This document shows positions 21,901 to 28,593 of a DNA stretch of 64,000 bases, in pieces. The stretch is from a virus: positions 1 to 64,000 of the IMG/VR virus record IMGVR_UViG_3300020578_000017. One strand, written 5' to 3'. The position numbers were made by a program, and so were the translations under genes. The notes beneath the pieces were generated by a model. That model saw nothing but the letters and a program-made list of their open reading frames with translations. It was not told the DNA's origin and ran no database searches. Numbering within the stretch: position 1 is the stretch's first letter; every line of letters begins with the position of its first letter.

Positions 21901-22497
21901 AACCGCTTCTTTGTAAACTCTATCGGTTTTAATGACCTCAACTGCTAAAGATTCAATTTTATTTGCCTCTTTAAAAAGTAATCTTACAATATTATCGTCA
22001 AGACTTGCTACAGATATAGAATCTAAATCTTCTAAAGTCTTTACGCCTAATCCTGCAAGCATACCTCTGACGACTTCAACTTGCTTTAATTGGGATTCGC
22101 AGTCAGGTATACTTGCTGGTGATAACCTGGATCTCTCGAATAGAATCTCTTCTAGTTTGTTTACAGCATAAAAAACTTGCTCAATCCGTTCTTTTACTGG
22201 TTCAAAGTTTGCATCTGGCCTTCTCTTAAAAGTAAGTAGAAGATCTTTTATAATGTACTCAATTTCAGACTTGACTTTAGATGAACTGTTTTTAAGCTTG
22301 TCTAGTAGCTTAATAAGCTGTTCTTTTTTCTTGTCGGTTGAAGAAAAATCATTTATAGCTTTTTCGGCACTTTCTATAAAAGTATCCCAGTCTTCAGTTT
22401 GTAAGTTTAGCCTTATATCAATATCTTCAACGGATAAAGACTTACCTAGAGATCTAAAGCTTTTTATGAAAGCCTCTAATTCTTCTGAGCTAGCCAC
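18922..22497 (-). CDS. Tape-measure-like protein B (1191 aa) with glycine-rich hydrophobic hairpin and degenerate SLT domain
   Basis: EVNKSIIELFGTQEL motif; VIAGAIAGAAIAGGAIFGLTTLGIGPIALAAGAGLLAGG; AVAAEYNISPALLFALKIQATG...KGVFQLIPEQW is lytic-transglycosylase-like. Confidence 0.7.
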   Translation of the reverse strand: MASSEELEAFIKSFRSLGKSLSVEDIDIRLNLQTEDWDTFIESAEKAINDFSSTDKKKEQLIKLLDKLKNSSSKVKSEIEYIIKDLLLTFKRRPDANFEPVKERIEQVFYAVNKLEEILFERSRLSPASIPDCESQLKQVEVVRGMLAGLGVKTLEDLDSISVASLDDNIVRLLFKEANKIESLAVEVIKTDRVYKEAVEQLFKQRGTFYSLRSTVSAFNDVKNSFTSIQDSGDGLNSAIGTIWGIASRALTSAAVSIERRRLLQSKVSVDPEKEAKNAFELDNRLSKIGSAMTSGFKSMVKSINSIGKSVGYLSFILDLMLKGMNYTAEVNKSIIELFGTQELLYGIEPNSENLFKRIDSLNKQLNSVQDEFLLDYTDRVKGILAYREAGGSTKNLEISSAKDFGDPENTRNIFSPIALSAKYGHLLGMSFEEVMSKVGNLTFSSQLTTSQVEQVFEEARVGAYKSRTNTSLALNSLIEISQKFGGVINTFTINSSILTKIANSTKLNESQAADFVSSVLDNVKSQRFEDMGTLITLAGYDLDSSTDLSLLRQRMREGYLAVRKSLEAQRIDIGNRLGTQSNEYLQVQIQLSSLGFYEAQLSNPDIMLTLLESAKVFPQVVLPVFQQAIDGQIKLIYGIEADRVMINALSYRSALDLASKQINIPEQFKDLLLAARFDPNGIRKLDDRGLFKLESSLPQAQDHRKNMTDIAARMAKHTTSGVKTLNQAKNSIFAGIGSLFRRAQSLLSKATSWIQSVISAISRGQTPVIAGAIAGAAIAGGAIFGLTTLGIGPIALAAGAGLLAGGSAGLGIDRMLNISQAPLDSASLYRSKMSLNQSSEETKLAKKLLLDTASDQRIYGPLMAVAAEYNISPALLFALKIQATGTNVRANSDKNARHLPKGVFQLIPEQWKARKEQCMDIISSARLVAERAASNIQKIVRISKERNLNLGEGDILSLAAAMHLAPDLVEDVLRNRSGRYRAGNRDISFSPNLPEGSSADKVTNQIDRAMHVLYGISMGEKTPYDQVKDKIAVGLGLSEISGTGSNIPRTADNISDGLVRQANLPTGKLNLPRLDSQFTAGNPATYRVSTQKVKSSRLPRLAPRIEVGTGRITDSSFGKKDDVSVPQFILEQLPDTRDGRKFRYIVTPKQDVTPPSNQVFYKNVLYETLYLNDANNLIRVWERLVGNSGT

Positions 22498-25400
22498 TGC
22501 TTACGCCTTTTTCTACAGTTGGCCTATAATTCATCATTATGTAGTCAATAAACTTAGAAGAATCCTTAATGTATACGTCCATATTGTACTGTTCTATAAG
22601 AATAGATTTTCCATCGGAAAGTTGGCTTAAATGCTGGGCAAACTTTTCTCTAAAACTCTCATCAAGTCCTACTACGCTCTCATGCCGAATGGATTCTCGT
22701 TGAGAGTGCTGAAGCCTTTTCGCAATTAAAGAAAACTGCTTTACCTGTTCTTTTAGCTTTTGTCTATGGGCCATCTGTTTCAGGTATTGTTCTTTTGACT
22801 CAACTCTTCTGATTTGACCCCTGACAACATCGAGTATTACTTCGGGGTTAACTTCAATCTTAAAGTCTCTAAAAAAATTAAGAATGAGTGCGGTTCTTTC
22901 TTTGCCGTTACTTTGAATTATTCGCTTTAGCTGAGGAAGGTCATATCTCTCAAGAAAGTTTTCCGACTTTTTAACGAAATCCCCATAAGACATATTGGTA
23001 TTTATAGCTGTTTCCGTGGCATAAGCTTTTTCAAACAACCTTTGAGAATAAGTATCTTCCTGTATTGTATTTTGGTAAGCTCTTACGGCAGCTCTTTTAT
23101 TTCCCTCTGGGGCCTTAGCAGACTCTACTCCAGTTTTCATAGTTCTCACTAAAGAACGTAGTCTACTCCAGTCAAACCCTACAGGGTCAGTTCTTACTTC
23201 GCCTAGTCTTTTACCGGAAGGAAGAACTACCCTTTCTCTTCCCCTTGCAACTTCTTCATGCGAAATAACATCCTCTAAGCTAAGACCATATCGGGTCATA
23301 AGTGAAGAAACTAATCGAGCAACAGCCATATACTGAACTTCAGTGTAGTCACTTTTTCCATATCTCTCGATTTCAATGCCTAACGCTGCAGGATTTATTG
23401 ACTCACCCATTTTAAATCCCTCAGAAAGTAAACTGCTTCCTGGACCTATTGCACCGCCGTGAGAGGCTATCTTTTTTTCATCGACCATGTAATAAATTTT
23501 ACCGTCACGACCAACTATATAATGAGCTGATGTTTTTCCTGGTCCACCAGTAAACTCACTTATAGCGGAAGAAGCTGTTCCCTCAGTAGAGTGGAGGACA
23601 ATCTTACGCAAACGCTGTATTTCGCCTTTATTGCTTTTCCCTAACTTGTAAGCAGGAACCTTTCCACGATAATCAACAACTTGACCAGGAGATATGCTAG
23701 TTAAGCTAGGAGAAGTTCCGGTACTTTCTAAAGCGGGTGCTGGAACTTTTTTTGCGTTGGTTATAAAGTTCCATAAAGTCTGACCTACACTGTAAAGTTG
23801 CATAAATGTACTATGTATCTTAGAACCAATAAACCTTAGTGACTTATCTAAGGACTCAGCAACAGTTATAGTCTTTAAGTTCATACTCAAAGCGGACTTC
23901 ATAACCAACTGCTGAATATTTTCTGCCGTTAATTGCGGAGGACTTGGCCTTCCTTTATACTTAGATGTATATCTTTTTGCTGTAATAAGCTCAGAAATAC
24001 TTGAACCAAGACCAAGCGTGGTTGTTGCTTCTTCAATAAGTGTTCTTTTTGATAAGCTTGGGGGCCTGTCCCCCATTCTTTCGTTATATATTACTCTATA
24101 TCTTGCAGCTACTGCATCATCTAAAAGATCAAAACTTAAATCCGGAAACATTCTTATCAAATTCGTAGCAAAGCTAGATATTTGAGTAAGATTACTTCTG
24201 TCAGAACCTACTAGTTTCCTTTGTCTCGTAGCATAATCTAACATGTACTGAAGCTCGGTAACTTTAGCTAAAGCAGCGTCTTTGTCAGCTTTATTGATTA
24301 CAAACTTAGCCTTTCTGCTTTCTTCTTTTATTTGCTCACGGAGCGTAGATGCAGCTTTTGTTAAAAACTTAGAAACTGCTCTTGGGTTTTCTGAAAAAAG
24401 AGGGCCAAGTACACCCATAATTTGTGAAGTGCTATACCCCATAACTTCTTGTAACACATTACTTAATAAATCACGACCTTGATCTGCGCTCAGTGCTCTT
24501 TTTCTAACTAAACTGTTTAAGATCGTACCAAACTGCCTTGACCTGTTCGTAAAGTAAGAAAATGAGTCTGATAGAGAAATAACATTTGCTAAAAATGCTT
24601 TTGGACTTACTGGGCTGCTTGATACAATATTTGCTAGATTCCTGAAAGAATCTGTGGTTGTGCTAAATAAATCACCGAAGCTAAACCGCCAGTCCCCAAT
24701 AGCCCTACCTAGCTCTGATGGGTCAGACTGAAATACCTGAGATATTGCATAGTAATCTTCTAGGGGTCCTTTAAGATTTGCAATTTGCCCTGTTCTTATG
24801 TTGGCAATCATATTTGGCTTCAGGTTTACTCTACCAAACTCGGCTTCCAAATCACGTATGGTTAAACCTGATTTGATTAAAGGGTCAAGTAAGCTTATAT
24901 ATTTTTCTGGATCCAGGTTTAGCTGTATGGAAAAACTATCTTGATTAACAACTGAGCCATCTGGTCGTGTTATTGTATATGAAAAAGATTTATCGTTAAG
25001 GTAATCGTACAAAGTCTGGTAAAATGAGCTTAATGCTGCCTCTTTATTGGGAGCTTTAGGGTCTACCATACTCAACTGATTGATCGTGCCAAACAGGTTA
25101 ATTATACTCTGATTGAAGCTTATCTGCTGCTGCCTACCGGCAATTATATATTGAGCAGCTTTTGCCAGGACCATAAGTAAAAACCCATAAGGACCGACTA
25201 TTTTACCCATTGAGTGAATAATGCTGGTAGATACCTGAGAAACTGAATTAAAATCTTTGTTAGCATTGAACTCTTTAGCTAGAACATTTTTTGAGCTTTT
25301 TGCAAAAAACTGACCAGAATACTTACCAGACCTTATATCTTGGGCTCTTTTTTTTAAAATAGAATCAAATAATCTATTTGAGCCTTGAAGTATTGTGTTA

Positions 25401-26080
25401 ACGACACTCGGTAGCCCATTTCCGGTTGAAAAAAAGTTAAACATTCCGGTTCCAGATTTTTTTAAATCCATAAAAGCAGATTCTAATGGAGTTAAAAATG
25501 CATCATACCCATCTAGTGATTTCTCTTTAAACAAAGTAGAGTTGTAGGTCGCTTGAGCAATCGCTAACATTTTAGGGTCTAAACCTTTGGTGAAGTTAGT
25601 AGACTCTTTCCTAAGTAAAGAAAGTAAGTTTTTTAAGTTATTGATCTCTTCTTTTGTGAAATCACTTTCTTCTTTACTTGATTTTATTGCTTGAATCTGA
25701 CGAGATATATTTTTTATCGAGATACGTCTATCATTTATTTCTTTTACTACAGAAGGTGGAACTTTATTTGGTGCTAAAAGACTAAAGCTGTTTACTGATT
25801 TCCAAACTAAATTTGGTATCTCAGTAAGCTTCCTTACCTCAGTATCTATTTGTTTTTTTTGTGAGTAAGTTTGTATTTCAGGTTGCGATAACACATAGCC
25901 ACCGCCTAACTTGAACCTCTCTGTCTTAGAACTCACATTAGGAAACTTTTGCTTTACTAAAGTGTCAAGGCTTCTCTCGAAGTTGGCTACCTGTTTTAGG
26001 CTTCTATCCGATCCTAGGCCATCCCAGTCTATTTTAAGCTCTCGCTCAAGGAAAGCGTAGTCGTCGCCAAATTCTATCAT
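22490..26080 (-). CDS. Tape-measure-like protein A (1196 aa) with Amidase_2 (N-acetylmuramoyl-L-alanine amidase) domain
   Basis: SFNQSIINLFGTINQL motif. Amidase motifs IVLHSTEG, SAHYIVGRDGKI, ASHGG, GIEIE, VISHEEVA, RTDPVGFDW (His/His/Asp zinc ligands and catalytic Glu apparently present). Confidence 0.75.
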   Translation of the reverse strand: MIEFGDDYAFLERELKIDWDGLGSDRSLKQVANFERSLDTLVKQKFPNVSSKTERFKLGGGYVLSQPEIQTYSQKKQIDTEVRKLTEIPNLVWKSVNSFSLLAPNKVPPSVVKEINDRRISIKNISRQIQAIKSSKEESDFTKEEINNLKNLLSLLRKESTNFTKGLDPKMLAIAQATYNSTLFKEKSLDGYDAFLTPLESAFMDLKKSGTGMFNFFSTGNGLPSVVNTILQGSNRLFDSILKKRAQDIRSGKYSGQFFAKSSKNVLAKEFNANKDFNSVSQVSTSIIHSMGKIVGPYGFLLMVLAKAAQYIIAGRQQQISFNQSIINLFGTINQLSMVDPKAPNKEAALSSFYQTLYDYLNDKSFSYTITRPDGSVVNQDSFSIQLNLDPEKYISLLDPLIKSGLTIRDLEAEFGRVNLKPNMIANIRTGQIANLKGPLEDYYAISQVFQSDPSELGRAIGDWRFSFGDLFSTTTDSFRNLANIVSSSPVSPKAFLANVISLSDSFSYFTNRSRQFGTILNSLVRKRALSADQGRDLLSNVLQEVMGYSTSQIMGVLGPLFSENPRAVSKFLTKAASTLREQIKEESRKAKFVINKADKDAALAKVTELQYMLDYATRQRKLVGSDRSNLTQISSFATNLIRMFPDLSFDLLDDAVAARYRVIYNERMGDRPPSLSKRTLIEEATTTLGLGSSISELITAKRYTSKYKGRPSPPQLTAENIQQLVMKSALSMNLKTITVAESLDKSLRFIGSKIHSTFMQLYSVGQTLWNFITNAKKVPAPALESTGTSPSLTSISPGQVVDYRGKVPAYKLGKSNKGEIQRLRKIVLHSTEGTASSAISEFTGGPGKTSAHYIVGRDGKIYYMVDEKKIASHGGAIGPGSSLLSEGFKMGESINPAALGIEIERYGKSDYTEVQYMAVARLVSSLMTRYGLSLEDVISHEEVARGRERVVLPSGKRLGEVRTDPVGFDWSRLRSLVRTMKTGVESAKAPEGNKRAAVRAYQNTIQEDTYSQRLFEKAYATETAINTNMSYGDFVKKSENFLERYDLPQLKRIIQSNGKERTALILNFFRDFKIEVNPEVILDVVRGQIRRVESKEQYLKQMAHRQKLKEQVKQFSLIAKRLQHSQRESIRHESVVGLDESFREKFAQHLSQLSDGKSILIEQYNMDVYIKDSSKFIDYIMMNYRPTVEKGVSSG

Positions 26081-27258
26081 TTAGGACGATTCCTGGGATT
26101 GTTTACAGGTAAGCCTCCGCGCTTTATCTCCCCTGAGAAATTGCCAGGATTTACATTTACTGGAAGTATTGTTGATCTTGAGGTGTTTGAAACTGGTAGT
26201 ATTGATGAATATAAATCTTTAGGAACTTCATACTCTTTATCTATTTGGTCAAGCTCATCTTTAGTGACGCCAAGAACTGTAATGATCAACTCTCTTCTTT
26301 GATCAAAATCAGTGATGTCTTGCATCTTATTTTCATCAAAAATAGTAAATGGTTCAGCAACGGAAGATTTTTCTAGCTCTGAAGCTTTAGCTTTTATAGC
26401 TTCTATCTTACGTTCTCTTTCTTCTCGCTTAAACGTTCTATACCCTTCTAATGCGTTATCTCTGGCGCTATCCATTGCCAATTCGTGAGCATCTTTTTTA
26501 TTGTTAACAACAACATCTAAATCATATAAAAGCTTTTTGTACTCATCTTCTCTAGAAGAGTTGGATAATGGATTGACCAAGGAGTCTGAACTGGTGGAAA
26601 TACCTTTTGCCCGGTCCATGACTTCTTTTCTATAGTCATCTTCTTTTGACCGTTGGTCAGTGACTTCTTTGTCAATCTTTTCAACAGCTTTTCCGTTTAA
26701 AAAAGCACCCATCCAACGGACATAACTCCATTGAACATCAAAACCTTGTCTGTCATCTTCAGCCCGGTTGTAGCTTATCCACTGAACCTGCATCGAGTTA
26801 AGAGGTAGCTGGTCAGTTCCTTGCAATCCAGTAACTGTGGTGGAGTTTAGAGTAGTATTTAAATATGCTTTCCAATAAACCCTGGACTGAGGCTCATAGC
26901 AGTATGCCTCTAGCTTACCAAAGGCATCTGTAATCCTACGATTAAAGGTCAAACACTTATGTATTAATCTACTTATTGCTTTTGATGGCCATTTTCGTAA
27001 GGAGTTAAATAACTTTAAAGCGCTATCATCTCTATCTTTTAAGAATAAAACGCCATCGATTTGAAGTACTGAATAAGCCAAGTACCAGCAATCGTAAATT
27101 ATCTCTTTAGCGGGGTGTTTGCTGGGTGTTCGATCTTTTATTCGCTGAAACTCTAAATCGTTAAGTGATTTAAGAACAAAGTCAAAACCATTGAAGTGTA
27201 AGCTCTCAGTAAGAAAACCCTTAAAAAGAAGCTGCTCTACGTCCTCGTAATGGTTCAA
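26077..27258 (-). CDS. Putative tail assembly chaperone 2
   Basis: Located between tube/chaperone and tape measure; the N-terminus (LLFKGFLTESLHFNGFDFVLKSLNDLE...LAYSVLQIDG) resembles the upstream chaperone. Confidence 0.5.
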   Translation of the reverse strand: MNHYEDVEQLLFKGFLTESLHFNGFDFVLKSLNDLEFQRIKDRTPSKHPAKEIIYDCWYLAYSVLQIDGVLFLKDRDDSALKLFNSLRKWPSKAISRLIHKCLTFNRRITDAFGKLEAYCYEPQSRVYWKAYLNTTLNSTTVTGLQGTDQLPLNSMQVQWISYNRAEDDRQGFDVQWSYVRWMGAFLNGKAVEKIDKEVTDQRSKEDDYRKEVMDRAKGISTSSDSLVNPLSNSSREDEYKKLLYDLDVVVNNKKDAHELAMDSARDNALEGYRTFKREERERKIEAIKAKASELEKSSVAEPFTIFDENKMQDITDFDQRRELIITVLGVTKDELDQIDKEYEVPKDLYSSILPVSNTSRSTILPVNVNPGNFSGEIKRGGLPVNNPRNRPK

Positions 27259-27286
27259 AATGTCCTGCCATTGTGCTTTTTTCTGC

Positions 27287-27772
27287 CTAAGCTGTTTGTT
27301 GCTGCTCGTCTACAGACTGAGCAAGTTGAACTTGAGCAATAAGCTCTTGAACAATCTCTTGTTCTGTCTTATCTGGATTAATGTCCCTCTCAAGCTCTGA
27401 AACCAACTCGGCATAGGCAAAGAATATTCTATCTATGACAGCCTGGCCCCATTTACCAACCAAGTCACGGAGGTACTTTAGACGCTCAACCTTTACAGCT
27501 ACACCATCAATTTGTTCGCCAGTTTCAAAAAACTCTACGTTATCAATTCTGTAACCATCAATAGCCTTTATGGACCTGCATACAGTCTCAAGCTTCATTT
27601 TAAAAATGAAAGCCATCTTAACTTCAGAAGAAAGATAGTCTTGAATATCACTTTCTTCTTCCGCACCGAGTATGCCAATCGTGACTTTTAGTTTACCGAT
27701 CTGTACGTCTGTCTCACGGTAGAAGTCACGACTGGCCTCTTCGATTTTAGATAAAACTGTATTTAGGTCCAT
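27287..27772 (-). CDS. Putative tail assembly chaperone 1
   Basis: 161 aa directly after the tube gene; ETVCRSIKAIDG...LVGKWGQAVIDRIFFAY chaperone-like pattern. Confidence 0.55.
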   Translation of the reverse strand: MDLNTVLSKIEEASRDFYRETDVQIGKLKVTIGILGAEEESDIQDYLSSEVKMAFIFKMKLETVCRSIKAIDGYRIDNVEFFETGEQIDGVAVKVERLKYLRDLVGKWGQAVIDRIFFAYAELVSELERDINPDKTEQEIVQELIAQVQLAQSVDEQQQTA

Positions 27773-27834
27773 GATGTATCTTTATTGATTGGTTAAGTTA
27801 GCTGATTTACTATAGACTAAAACTACGTAGTCTA

Positions 27835-28488
27835 TTAAGCAGGTGTATTAGAACCTGGGTAAATCTGGCTATTTGCCTTTGAACCTGCGTCAGTTGAAGG
27901 GACGGTATTAACTTTATTGGTTCCGTTCCATGCGAAGATATCAGTTACCGTTAGAGTGACATCTTCTGCTACTAGAGCAGTATCAACATTGAAAGTAGAG
28001 CCGTATTGGGTGATCCAGCAGCCCGCATACAAGGTAGCGATAACCCGAGGAGCGTCTATTCCTGCCTCTGGACCAGTACCACCTACTGCCTCGCCGATAC
28101 CTCCCCCAGTTAACGTATCTACTTCAGATATTACAACTTCTTGCCTGAGGTCAAATGGCCAACGATGATGCTTAAGCGCTCTTACTACGCCATCTATTCC
28201 GCCCTTATAGCCTAGGGCTTGGAAAATATTCATATGATATAATGCAGTACGGTTTAAGGTAATGCTGATAGGATCAGACATGCCAGGAACTAGTTCTGCA
28301 ATTTGGTCACCGAAACCAATACCTCTTACTGCTTCAGTGTTTCTGGCGTCAGATGGAGCAAAGCTGCTTACAACACCTAAAGCAACTTGTACCGCATCTG
28401 ACTGTGAGGATACGGCGAAAAGTCTATTCCTGGAACTTGAAATAGACTTTGTTTGAGGACTCAAGCCTTTTCTATAAATGTCACTCAT
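27835..28488 (-). CDS. Tail tube protein
   Basis: Directly follows the sheath; LGVVSSFAPSDARNTEAVRGIG..ELVPG..ISITLNRTALY..PFDL..TLYAGCWITQYGSTF..VAEDVTLTVTD; AGAGG RBS upstream. Confidence 0.8.
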   Translation of the reverse strand: MSDIYRKGLSPQTKSISSSRNRLFAVSSQSDAVQVALGVVSSFAPSDARNTEAVRGIGFGDQIAELVPGMSDPISITLNRTALYHMNIFQALGYKGGIDGVVRALKHHRWPFDLRQEVVISEVDTLTGGGIGEAVGGTGPEAGIDAPRVIATLYAGCWITQYGSTFNVDTALVAEDVTLTVTDIFAWNGTNKVNTVPSTDAGSKANSQIYPGSNTPA

Positions 28489-28544
28489 GTAACAACCTCT
28501 AAAAATTAGTCAGCTAACTAATGAAATAAAATAATAAACTTCAA

Positions 28545-28580
28545 GAAACAAAGCGTGGGCCTATAAATAGACCCACGCCC
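28545..28580 (-). terminator. Intrinsic terminator after sheath gene
   Basis: Minus strand GCGTGGGTCTAT-TT-ATAGGCCCACGC followed by TTTGTTTCT. Confidence 0.7.
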
Positions 28581-28593
28581 CATTTTTAATCAA

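Noticed and set aside
27240-27320. Classical G/GT tail-chaperone -1 frameshift
   Set aside because: The downstream gene is in the +1 frame, no slippery heptamer precedes the stop, and it has its own AGGA RBS with a TTG start.
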